Below, one piece after another: positions 8,775-17,812 of a DNA stretch of 64,000 nucleotides (position 1 is the first letter of the stretch; every line of letters starts with the position of its first letter). The position numbers and the translations under genes were made by a program. The notes under the pieces are model-generated. The model worked only from the letters and a program-made list of their open reading frames with translations, was not told the DNA's origin and did no database searches. This DNA comes from Spirochaetia bacterium (lineage in GTDB: Bacteria > Spirochaetota > Spirochaetia > SZUA-6 > Bin103), in NCBI GenBank assembly GCA_965208575.1, contig CBDBOV010000006.1:512001-576000 (forward strand), written 5' to 3'.

Positions 8775-10556
8775 TCAGAATCCGAGCTCCCGCTTCAGGT
8801 CTTGGTCAACCCACAGATAGGCAAAGGCGTTAGGCCGGTTCATCGAACCGAGATCGCCTTCCCCGTTGTAGCCCTTGATCCATGGCTGGGTGGCGCCGAA
8901 CAAGGGAGCAACTGGCCCCCTGATGGTCCACAGCTGCTCGGCGGCGCGCAGGTCGGCCTTCTGCGCCCACGCCTTCTGCTCCTCTATCGTGGTAGCGACC
9001 TGCGCGTTTTCGTAGTACTCGTCGAACTCGGGGTCGAGGTGGTTCGAACGAACCACCTTTTGCTTTGAGTAGTATTGCCCAAGCGGGGCCAAAGGAGAGT
9101 CATACTCTCTGGCCCATGTGTCTGACATCAACCCCTCATAGCTGTGCTTTGGGATCAGTGCGCCGCGTTCTGCGCGCGTGTGGACCTCGATCTCGACCTC
9201 GATGCCGATCTGCCTGAGGTAGTCCATGGCGATCTGGTAATAGCCGAGGTCGAAGAACTCGTAGTGACCGTACCGGGTCCTGAAGCGAACGCCGTCCGCG
9301 CCGCGCGGATAGCCAGCCTCATCCAGCAGCTTCTCGGCCGCCTCGGGATCATAGCGATAGTACCTCTTGACCTCATCGGGCCACTCTTCGAACGGGAGCG
9401 CATACCCCAGCACGGCTGGGCCGATCGGGCCGGAAGGGCTGGCATCACCCCACCCCTGCATGTAGTTCTCGGCGATGGCGTCGAAGTCTATGGCCATCGC
9501 GATGGCCCGGCGTACCCGAATATCATCGAAGGGCGGTTGCTGAACGTTCCAGAACATCGCCGTTTCCGACCGATAGGCAAACGGGTGCAACATCAGGTCG
9601 GGATTGGTCTTCTGCAGATTCACCGCCGAGTCGACACTGGTCAGATGTGAGTTGAGAGCGAACCCTATATAATCCGCCTGCCCCGAGCGCATCAGTGCGG
9701 TGATGGCCGCCGGGTCGTTGACGATCGCGTACTCGACGGTGTCCGCGTAGGGCAAACGGTTGTCGGGATATTTCGGGTCGAAGCCCCAGTAGTCATCGAC
9801 CTTCTCGAAGGTCCACGAGCTTCCCTCCACCACGTCGGTAAGTTGATAGGGCCCCGTTCCGGTCACGTTGCGCCAGTCTTGGATGTCCCCGAATTGCTCG
9901 ACCACCTCGCGGGCGATCACCAACATGTGTGCTCCGATGAGGGTGTTCTTCAGGGCTTGGAGCGAGGGCTCGTTCAGTTCGACTACCAGCGTAGAATCGT
10001 CGGTAGCGGTAACCGAATCGACCGGAATCTTGCCTCCCCACGACCGTACGACATCCAGGCCCGGCTCGTCGCCGCTCAAGCCAAGGAGCCGGTCGAAACT
10101 GTAGGCGACATCGTGCGCGGTCAGTTGCCTTCCGTTCACCGGCGCCTTGTCGTGCCAGAACACGCCGTCGCGGATCTTGAACACGTAGGTGAGCGGATCC
10201 GGGCTCTCCCAGCTCTCTGCCAGTTGTCCGGTGATCACCTCTTCGGGCATGTAGAGCGTGTCATAGGCGAACACGCTTCTGTCGATCGCCCAGTCGCCGA
10301 TGCCCAGGTTCTCGTTGACCAGCCCGACCCAGATCCCGGCGGTGTAGACAAAATAGGGATCGATCCCCTCGACCTTGAAGTTCACCACCGGTCTGATCGT
10401 GCCGCCATACTCTGGCGCGGTGACCATCTCGCCGGTGCTCGGGTCGAGCACCATCTCCTTCTCGGCCGCGGATGCTTCCTCGCCCTCGGCGGCGGCAAAC
10501 GTAACGGTAGCCACCAGCGCGAACGCCAGCGGCAGCAATAGGAGTCTTGGAGTCAT
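8775..10556 (-). CDS. Family-5 ABC substrate-binding protein (SBP3)
   Basis: Start at MTPRLLLL after GAGGAGGAG; binding domain is a close paralogue of SBP2. Confidence 0.95.
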   Translation of the reverse strand: MTPRLLLLPLAFALVATVTFAAAEGEEASAAEKEMVLDPSTGEMVTAPEYGGTIRPVVNFKVEGIDPYFVYTAGIWVGLVNENLGIGDWAIDRSVFAYDTLYMPEEVITGQLAESWESPDPLTYVFKIRDGVFWHDKAPVNGRQLTAHDVAYSFDRLLGLSGDEPGLDVVRSWGGKIPVDSVTATDDSTLVVELNEPSLQALKNTLIGAHMLVIAREVVEQFGDIQDWRNVTGTGPYQLTDVVEGSSWTFEKVDDYWGFDPKYPDNRLPYADTVEYAIVNDPAAITALMRSGQADYIGFALNSHLTSVDSAVNLQKTNPDLMLHPFAYRSETAMFWNVQQPPFDDIRVRRAIAMAIDFDAIAENYMQGWGDASPSGPIGPAVLGYALPFEEWPDEVKRYYRYDPEAAEKLLDEAGYPRGADGVRFRTRYGHYEFFDLGYYQIAMDYLRQIGIEVEIEVHTRAERGALIPKHSYEGLMSDTWAREYDSPLAPLGQYYSKQKVVRSNHLDPEFDEYYENAQVATTIEEQKAWAQKADLRAAEQLWTIRGPVAPLFGATQPWIKGYNGEGDLGSMNRPNAFAYLWVDQDLKRELGF

Positions 10557-10990
10557 AGCGTACTCCTCCTCGTATTCGGGAGCGGGACTGGGTCCGGTAC
10601 CCGTGGTCTTGGGCCGGACACTCCAGCCCTCTCGAATGGTCCTGGTAGTCATCGCACCCAAAGGCGCCCCGAGCGCCACCTCGGATAAGCGTGGTGCGAT
10701 CGCTGTGGATACGAACGGGTGCCGCTACGCCGTTAGCGGCGCAGATGGCGGCCGAGGGGTATATGAGGCTCGGAGAGCGGCGGGAGCGGTCAGTTACCGG
10801 GTGCTTGGTTTGTTGCGGAGCAGGACGGAGCAGGACGGAGCGCTGGCGCTTGCAGCGAACGGCGCGTCTACGGCGGGCTGTGTAATCGCGCTTCATCTGC
10901 GCTTGTCTTCCTCCCGAAGCGATCACTCTACCACACGTCCGGCATCCGTCAAGTACGCGTTTGCGGGTTGGTGGTTACCACCGTTGCAAC
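10557..10990 (-). promoter_or_regulatory. Conserved SBP promoter/leader module, copy 3
   Basis: TTGACG 10947-10952, 16 nt, TAGAGT 10925-10930; repeat x2 at 10816-10841. Confidence 0.75.
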
Positions 10991-11007
10991 CAGTGGGCGA
11001 TGGGATC

Positions 11008-11086
11008 GTTAGACACCCCGCCTCCCCTTGCGCGCGCCCAACCGCTTGGCGATGTCTCGGTACGAGTACCCGGCGAGCCTCCCCAC
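11008..11086 (-). pseudogene. Truncated HicA-like toxin
   Basis: GTG right after the hicB stop gives MGRLAGYSYRDIAKRL, then loses similarity (no GSH motif) and stops. Confidence 0.55.
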
Positions 11087-11329
11087 TCAGGCCGACACGG
11101 CAACGTCGAGGTCGACCGAACTGCCCATCCTGCGCAACCCATCGGGAATAGGATCATCGTGTTCTCGATACGACTCCAACAGCCTCCACGCAACATCCTG
11201 GGCGATCTCGACGGTTTCTTGAACGGTCCTGCCCCGGGCGACCAGACCCGGAAGCTCCCGGGAGGTAGCCAGGTAGTTGCCGTTCTCGACCCGCTCAACG
11301 TGAAGCCGAACGGTGAACTGATCCGACAT
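11087..11329 (-). CDS. HicB-like antitoxin
   Basis: YLATSRELPGLVARGRTVQETVEIAQDVA...DPIP. Confidence 0.8.
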   Translation of the reverse strand: MSDQFTVRLHVERVENGNYLATSRELPGLVARGRTVQETVEIAQDVAWRLLESYREHDDPIPDGLRRMGSSVDLDVAVSA

Positions 11330-11575
11330 GGCAGAACCCTTCATACCACCAGTGAGACAACTGAGAACCAATAGGATGGGTTTCGCCGCGTCCACCGCCG
11401 TCCACCCCGAACAGAAGCCGCCGCCAGCCATCGGCGACATCGTGCGCGGTCAAGGCCCGCCGGGAGCCGCACCCCGGTCAGCCCGTTCAGCCCGTTGCCG
11501 CCATTTGCTCTTCGATCAGCGGAGACGCTATAGTCAATGCCTAAGGCTGCCTCGGGGTCGCCTCAGGCTACGGCA

Positions 11576-13390
11576 GTGAGCACGCCTCCCACGCACCCGC
11601 GCATTCCCTACGGCGAGGCCGACTTCCGGCGCATCCGCCGGAACCGGTGGCTGTACGTCGACAAGACCCGCTTCCTGCGCCGCCTGGAGCAGGAGCGCTA
11701 CGCCTTCCTCATCCGCCCGCGCCGGTTCGGCAAGTCGCTGTGGATCTCCCTGCTGGAGAACTACTACGACCGCTGGTGGGCGGACGACTTTGCCGGCACC
11801 TTCGCCGGCACCGACATCGGGCGGGAGCCGACCGGGGAACAGAGCCGCTACGTCACCCTGCGCTTCAACTTCTCGATGGTCAACGACAAGCTGGAAACGC
11901 TGGAGCGGGAATTCGAGACCTACTGCATGATCGAGCTCCGGGGCAGGCTGCGGCGCCATCCCGACCTGTTTCCCGAAGCGGCGGTGCGGGACATCCTGGC
12001 ACCGCCCTCCATCGCCAGCAAGCTGACCGAGCTGTTCCAGTACGCCGGCGACCATGACATCCCGCTGTACGTGCTGATCGACGAGTACGACAACTTCGCC
12101 AACACGGTGCTCGCGTACCACGGCGCGGAGGCGTACCACTCGTTCACCCACGGCGGCGGCTTCTACCGCAACTTCTTCGCCGCCTTGAAGGGCGGTGCGG
12201 ACCGTAGCGGCGGCGGCCTGGAGCGGCTGTTCATCACCGGGGTGTCACCGGTCACCATGGACGACGTGACCAGCGGCTTCAACATCGGCAAGAACCTCAG
12301 CCTGCACCCGGACTTCAACGAGATGGTCGGCTTCACCGAGCCGGAGGTGCGTCACCTGGTCGAGACCTACCGGGACCTGGGTGTGTTCAACCAGGATACG
12401 GAAACCGCCATGGGCATCATGGGCGAGTGGTACAACGGCTACCGGTTCGCCGAGGAAGCGGTGGCCGATCTGTACAACACCGACATGGTGCTCTACTACC
12501 TGGACCACTCGATTCCGAATCGGCGCGTGCCGACCCACCTGATCGATACCAACGTGCGCATCGACTACGGCAAGTTGCGCCACCTGCTGGTGGTTGGCCG
12601 CCGGTTGAACGGCAACTTCGACCTGCTGCGCAACGTCATCGGCGAGGGGCAGGTCGACACCCGCATCCAGCCCGGCTTCCCGCTGGAGCGCCTCACCGAT
12701 CCAGAGAATTTCTTCTCGCTGCTGCACTACTTCGGACTGCTGAGCATCCGCGCCGTGGTGCAGCGGGTGCCTCGGCTGGCGATCCCGAACCAGACCGTGA
12801 AGCGGTTGATGTACGGCTATCTGCGCGACGCCTACCGCGACGTGGGGGTGTTTTCGGTCAACCTGTTCCGGGTCGAGCAGTTGCTGATGGGCATGGCCAA
12901 CCGAAACGAGTGGCGGCCGGTGTTCGAGTTCCTGGGCGAGGCGATCACGCGGCAGACCGGGATTCGCGACTACATCAGCGGCGAGAAGGTGCTTGAGCCC
13001 CGTACCGGGGCTTTAGGCTTCCTGGCCGCCTACCTGAGCGTGACCGACTACTACGTGTTCCGGTCAGAGGCAGAGTTCGGAAAGGGGCACGCCGATATCG
13101 CCTTGGAGCCGCTGCTCGCCAGCTATCCCCACCTGCAATGCGGCTATCTGATCGAACTGAAGTACCTCAAGCGCCGTGGGCGCTTTCAGCGCTCTGAGCG
13201 CTCACCGCGCAGCGGGTCGGCGATCGAGGACGACGTGGCGGCGGCGGTCGGAGACGCAACGGCGCAGCTCGAGCGGTATCTGGCGGACGAACGGCTGGCG
13301 CGGCAGTTCCCGGGCGTGCGCTTCATCGGCCTGATCGTGGTTTTCCACGGCTGGGAGATGGTATTTTGCGACGCCGTGCGTCCGGAATAA
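11576..13390 (+). CDS. AAA-ATPase-like protein with C-terminal PD-(D/E)XK nuclease domain
   Basis: YVDKT, RPRRFGKS, LIDEYD, GHADI...IELKY; alternative start at 11537. Confidence 0.88.
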   Translation: MSTPPTHPRIPYGEADFRRIRRNRWLYVDKTRFLRRLEQERYAFLIRPRRFGKSLWISLLENYYDRWWADDFAGTFAGTDIGREPTGEQSRYVTLRFNFSMVNDKLETLEREFETYCMIELRGRLRRHPDLFPEAAVRDILAPPSIASKLTELFQYAGDHDIPLYVLIDEYDNFANTVLAYHGAEAYHSFTHGGGFYRNFFAALKGGADRSGGGLERLFITGVSPVTMDDVTSGFNIGKNLSLHPDFNEMVGFTEPEVRHLVETYRDLGVFNQDTETAMGIMGEWYNGYRFAEEAVADLYNTDMVLYYLDHSIPNRRVPTHLIDTNVRIDYGKLRHLLVVGRRLNGNFDLLRNVIGEGQVDTRIQPGFPLERLTDPENFFSLLHYFGLLSIRAVVQRVPRLAIPNQTVKRLMYGYLRDAYRDVGVFSVNLFRVEQLLMGMANRNEWRPVFEFLGEAITRQTGIRDYISGEKVLEPRTGALGFLAAYLSVTDYYVFRSEAEFGKGHADIALEPLLASYPHLQCGYLIELKYLKRRGRFQRSERSPRSGSAIEDDVAAAVGDATAQLERYLADERLARQFPGVRFIGLIVVFHGWEMVFCDAVRPE

Positions 13391-13447
13391 AGCGGTGGCG
13401 ACAGGCTGGGGCCACCTCGGCACGCACATGCTATGGTAACGGCCATC

Positions 13448-13942
13448 ATGATTCGAGGCATCCATCACACAGGTTTTTCCACCCCCGACCTCGAGCGCGC
13501 GATCGAGTTCTACTCGGGATTGCTTGGCTTCAAGGTGGTCAATCACTTTGAGTGGAATGCTGCCGATGGCTCGGCCAGGTGGGACGGCGGGGAGTGGAAG
13601 GTCGGCGCGAAACAGCTCGACGAGATCACCGGGCTCAAGGGTTCGGCAGCCCGGGCGGTGTTTCTGTTGCTTGGCAACGCCTTCATCGAGATATTCGAGT
13701 ATTCAGCGCCCACCCCGGCACCGGCGCAGCCGGACCGCCCCGTTTGTGACCATGGCGTTACCCACATCGCCCTGATAGTCGACGATGTCCAGGCCGAGTA
13801 CGACCGCCTGAAGGCGCTCGGGGTACCGTTTCACGCTCCGCCGCGCGAGGATTTTCGTGCCGTGTACGGGCGGGACCCGGATGGCAATGTGTTCGAGTTA
13901 ATGGAAGTCGAGCCTGGCAGCAAGATCGCGCTGGACGTCTAG
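13448..13942 (+). CDS. VOC/glyoxalase family protein, copy 1
   Basis: IHHTGFSTPDLERAIEFY...HIAL...DPDGNVFEL. Confidence 0.9.
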   Translation: MIRGIHHTGFSTPDLERAIEFYSGLLGFKVVNHFEWNAADGSARWDGGEWKVGAKQLDEITGLKGSAARAVFLLLGNAFIEIFEYSAPTPAPAQPDRPVCDHGVTHIALIVDDVQAEYDRLKALGVPFHAPPREDFRAVYGRDPDGNVFELMEVEPGSKIALDV

Positions 13943-14024
13943 CGCCCACCGCTTCAGATGGTGGTCAATCGGACTATGGAGTCCAGCAGGTCGCGCAGGC
14001 GTGTGCAGGCAGCGCTGCCGCCCG

Positions 14025-14477
14025 TCAGGCGAGGATCTCTGCGGGAGTTGCGACCCGGCCCGCGAATCGGTCGGCGAAGTGGGCGCGGTCCCAGGTTACG
14101 AGCGTCTTCGCGAATGCCGCGTGGTTGCGGGCGGTCACCAGGAACTGGCCGTCACCGAGAGACATTCGCCGCTCAAGAAGCGCGAACAGCTCTCCGACGC
14201 CCATCTTCGGGACCGGCGCGTCGACCTCCGCGGTCGGCAGCACATCGACACCAAAGCGGTCGGCAAACTGCTCCCACAGCGTGCTCAGTTGTCGCTGATT
14301 GAGGTTGAACGAAAGAATGCCGCACAACTCAAGCAGGTTGATCGTGGTCGTGATCCCCGATCGTTCCCGCTTGATCGCGTCGAGGAAGCGGCGGTTGACG
14401 CCGAAGTGCCGATCCCGCGGGTAGCGCAGGTCGATCACGAACACGTTGGTGTCGATCAGGTACGGTCCCTGATCCAT
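14025..14477 (-). CDS. PIN-domain (VapC-like) toxin
   Basis: YLIDTNVF...SLGDG...LVTWDRAHF. Confidence 0.8.
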   Translation of the reverse strand: MDQGPYLIDTNVFVIDLRYPRDRHFGVNRRFLDAIKRERSGITTTINLLELCGILSFNLNQRQLSTLWEQFADRFGVDVLPTAEVDAPVPKMGVGELFALLERRMSLGDGQFLVTARNHAAFAKTLVTWDRAHFADRFAGRVATPAEILA

Positions 14478-14713
14478 GCCGTGGCCTGCGACCAGTCCGG
14501 AAACGCCGGCTCGGACTGTGCGAGCGCCGCTTCGACCTCCGCCCAGCGTTCGTCGGCCGACTCCGATGAACCCTCCCCCTGGTCGTCGGTGCACGGTGTC
14601 ACCACGCCGATTCTCTTGCCGCGGTAGGTAAGCACAAAGGGCTCCCCGGCGCGCAATCGCTTGATGAAGTCTCCGGTGTGCTGCTTCAACGCCCTTGCCG
14701 TGATCACTCCCAT
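14456..14713 (-). CDS. Phd/YefM-family antitoxin
   Basis: ITARALKQHTGDFIKRLRAGEPFVLTYRGKRIGVVTP; overlaps the PIN gene. Confidence 0.8.
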   Translation of the reverse strand: MGVITARALKQHTGDFIKRLRAGEPFVLTYRGKRIGVVTPCTDDQGEGSSESADERWAEVEAALAQSEPAFPDWSQATAWIRDRT

Positions 14714-14815
14714 CCGCAAAAGGTACACCTCCAAGAGTGAAGTGTCTACTCTGCGGCGGCAGCCCGCGCCTCGACGTCGATGCCGATCTGCCGGAGGTAG
14801 TCCATGGCGGCTGCC

Positions 14816-16018
14816 CTACGGACGCCCGGTGCCGTGGTTCTCGCCTTCGTCTCGGCCGTGCCGGAGCCCTGCGTGCGCCGGTGCGGCGTGGTCGAGCACG
14901 TGGGCCATCAGTGAGGGGATACCAGGCTCGTAGCGGACCGGCGGAAGCTGTCCGGGTGGGCGCCACACGAAACCCAGCCGCTGCAGGGCGTTCAGGGCCG
15001 CGTGCACCTGCCCCGGCTCCGCGTGCGCGGCGAGGCCGGCAGCGACCGCTGCCTTCAACTCCTCGTAGGTCAGCGTCGGGATCGATCGAAAACGCGCGGC
15101 CACGCGCTCGGCAACCGCCAGCCATCCCGATTGATCCAACTCCAGATACCGATCCTCGTAGTAGTCGGTGACCCTGGCAACCACGTCGGGCCGCGCCGCT
15201 GCGGCGTGGGCCGCGGTCAGCCGGGTCGCGCCGGTGGCCAGAAGCCGCTTCCACAAGGCCTCGCCCCAGAGTTGGATGAAGTACGGATAGCGCTGACTGT
15301 TTTCGACGACCGTGGCGAGGGCGTCGGCGTCGATGCCCTCGGCGTGGGCTGCCAGCGGTTCAACCAGGGCGGCACGGGCGGCCGCGTCGCTCAGCAGGCC
15401 GATTCCAAGACGCCCCTCTCCCAAGCGGCTCCAGAAGGAGACGTCCATGGCGCCGAGATGCGCCGCCAAGCCCGGCGTGCCGGCGAGCACCAGCAGGAAC
15501 GGCGCGTCGGCACGCACCTGTTGACTGGCGTTGAGCAGCGCTCTACCCACCTCCATGTCGAGCGTGTGCGCCTCGTCGAGTAGTGCCGCCAGCGGCTTTC
15601 TGCGGCATCGGGCAGTCAACTCCGCCCGCAGGTTCCGCACCCCTCCGGTCGGCGGCGCCCACTCGACCGAGCCGACTGCTGCAACGCCTATCTTCCGCGG
15701 CAGCAGCTTCGCTATCCCGGGCGGCGGCGCCAGAGCCTCGATCAGGGCGTCCCGCGTCGGGATGTCGGCTGGGGTCAGTTTAACCACGTCCACGTCCGCT
15801 TCATGGTCGCGGCAGGCGCGCTCGAACCAGTTGATGAGCACCGTCTTGCCCGTGCCGCGCGGACCGGTCAGCACGACGTCATGCGGCGGTGACGTGCCGC
15901 CGAGCAGGTCGGCCAAGCACTGCGTCAACACACCCTGCTCCCGCTCGCGCCCGGTCAGGGCCGGTGGCGTGGCTCCGGTGCCGGGAGTGAACAGGCGCTG
16001 CTGCGTTGTCGGGCCCAC
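14816..16018 (-). CDS. AAA+ ATPase (AAA_16-like)
   Basis: FTPGTGATPPALTGRE, GPRGTGKT, LLDEAH, YPYFIQ. Confidence 0.85.
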   Translation of the reverse strand: MGPTTQQRLFTPGTGATPPALTGREREQGVLTQCLADLLGGTSPPHDVVLTGPRGTGKTVLINWFERACRDHEADVDVVKLTPADIPTRDALIEALAPPPGIAKLLPRKIGVAAVGSVEWAPPTGGVRNLRAELTARCRRKPLAALLDEAHTLDMEVGRALLNASQQVRADAPFLLVLAGTPGLAAHLGAMDVSFWSRLGEGRLGIGLLSDAAARAALVEPLAAHAEGIDADALATVVENSQRYPYFIQLWGEALWKRLLATGATRLTAAHAAAARPDVVARVTDYYEDRYLELDQSGWLAVAERVAARFRSIPTLTYEELKAAVAAGLAAHAEPGQVHAALNALQRLGFVWRPPGQLPPVRYEPGIPSLMAHVLDHAAPAHAGLRHGRDEGENHGTGRP

Positions 16019-16039
16019 GTTATGAGTATAGCACCTTGG

Positions 16040-16201
16040 AAGCCTAACAAGCCTAACAAGCCTAACAAGCCTAACAAGCCTAACAAGCCTAACAAGCCTA
16101 ACAAGCCTAACAAGCCTAACAAGCCTAACAAGCCTAACAAGCCTAACAAGCCTAACAAGCCTAACAAGCCTGACAAGCCTAACAAGCCTGACAAGCCTGA
16201 C
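16040..16201. repeat. 9-bp tandem repeat AAGCCTAAC x18 (three units are AAGCCTGAC)
   Basis: 162 bp read directly. Confidence 0.98.
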
Positions 16202-16399
16202 AGGAGGACACCGTCCGATGACGGACTACCGGCATTCCCTGCGTTCCACTTCTGCAGGGCCCTGGTTGCGCGCCCGGCGGCGTGCGTGTGCCTACGCCGT
16301 CGGCCAGTGAGCCGACGGCATGCGGCGGTGACGTGCGGTGCGACCCCGGCGCGTCGGCCGCGCGACGGGCGCGCGCAAACTCCGATAGACTGGCGGCTC

Positions 16400-17641
16400 A
16401 TGCAGAGTCGAGCCACACCGCCAGCCGACGTGTTCAACCTCGGCGTGCTCGGCGTCGCGCAGGCGCTGGGGCTGTCGGCCATGTCGATGATGATCTTCAT
16501 CGGCGGCATAGTCGGGCGCGGGCTGGCCCCGCGGCCGGCGCTGGCGACGCTGCCCCTGGCGCTTGCCATCATCGGTCTGGCCGCCAACACTGTCCCGGCG
16601 GCGCTGTTGGCGCGCCGGCTCGGTCGGCGGCGCGCGTTCGTTATCGGGGCGCTGCTGGCAACCGCGGCGGCACTGGTGCTCGCGCTCGCGGTCAGCCGCG
16701 GCAGCTTCGCGCTGTTCTGCGGAGCGGCCGTGGTGCTCGGGATGAACGGCGCGTTCGTGCAGCAGTACCGCTTCGCCGCCGCCGAGAGCGCAACGCCCGA
16801 ATATGCCGGGCGCGCCGTTGCCTATGTGCTGGTCGGCGGCATGGTGGGCGGCGTACTCGGGCCCGAGGTGGCCAGGCGGAGCCGCCATCTGCTGGAGACC
16901 GAATATGCCGGCGGCTTTCTGGTGCTTGCCGCACTGCTGACGCTGTTGGCGCTGGTGGTCAGCCGCCTGCGGGACAACGGCGCTCGCTCCGCCGCGCCAC
17001 CGCCCCATCGCACGCCGGTCGCAGGCGCGCCACCCGAGGTGCGGTCCGCAGCCGCCTCCCGCCTGTCCGCGCCCGGCTTCGGCGTGGCGGTGCTGGCGGC
17101 GGCGGCCGCCTACGCGGTCATGTCGTCGATCATGACCGCCACGCCGCTGCACCTGAACGCTACCGGCTTGTCCCTCGATCGAACCGCCATCATCATCCAG
17201 AGCCACGTCATTGCGATGTACCTGCCGTCGCTCGCCAGCGGCTACATCATGGACCGCCTGGGCGTCGCTCGCGTGCTCCTGGTGGGGGTGGCCGGTATGA
17301 CCGCATCGGTCGTGGTGGGGGTGTATGCGGCGAGCCTCCCGGCGTTCTGGGCCGCACTGGTCCTGCTCGGTCTCGGGTGGAACATGCTGTTTCTCGGCGG
17401 CACCGTGCTCCTGGCGCGGAGGGCCGCCGGGGCCGAACGCTTTCGCCTGCAGGCCATAAACGACTTCGGCGTGTTCGGCGCGCAGGCGCTGGCCTCCCTG
17501 TCGGCCGGGACCGCGCTGGTCCTGGTGGGGTGGGACGCCCTCAACCTCGCTGCGCTGCCGCTGCTGGCCGCGGTAGCGATCACCGTCCTGGTACGGCGCG
17601 CCGCCCTCTCAGGCACCGCCCGGCGACCCGCCGTTGCCTGA
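16400..17641 (+). CDS. MFS transporter
   Basis: About 12 hydrophobic segments; RRLGRRRAF, QQYRFAAAE, IMDRLG. Confidence 0.88.
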   Translation: MQSRATPPADVFNLGVLGVAQALGLSAMSMMIFIGGIVGRGLAPRPALATLPLALAIIGLAANTVPAALLARRLGRRRAFVIGALLATAAALVLALAVSRGSFALFCGAAVVLGMNGAFVQQYRFAAAESATPEYAGRAVAYVLVGGMVGGVLGPEVARRSRHLLETEYAGGFLVLAALLTLLALVVSRLRDNGARSAAPPPHRTPVAGAPPEVRSAAASRLSAPGFGVAVLAAAAAYAVMSSIMTATPLHLNATGLSLDRTAIIIQSHVIAMYLPSLASGYIMDRLGVARVLLVGVAGMTASVVVGVYAASLPAFWAALVLLGLGWNMLFLGGTVLLARRAAGAERFRLQAINDFGVFGAQALASLSAGTALVLVGWDALNLAALPLLAAVAITVLVRRAALSGTARRPAVA

Positions 17642-17812
17642 CCCCCACCCAACGAGCGTGGCGGGGAGCATGCTCGGTCAACGGCGTTCGACCCGACGGC
17701 GGTCAAGTCTTGACAAATTCTCCTCGCCGGCGAGAAGACGGCCGTATCGCGGCCGGAAGATCTGTGCAGAAAGGCAGCCGACGTAGCCGGTGAACGGCGC
17801 TGCAGGTCGGGG

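Noticed and set aside
11395-14809. SBP fragments as diversity-generating retroelement template repeats
   Set aside because: No reverse transcriptase in the window, mismatches are not adenine-specific, and the pieces are short.
16040-16201. Telomere-like repeat (contains TTAGGC on the minus strand)
   Set aside because: The unit is 9 bp, internal and flanked by bacterial genes; the similarity is probably coincidental.
16022-16399. (KPN)n N-terminal extension of the MFS protein
   Set aside because: The frame is open only because the unit is 9 bp; the intervening sequence is not protein-like and the MFS fold starts near 16400.
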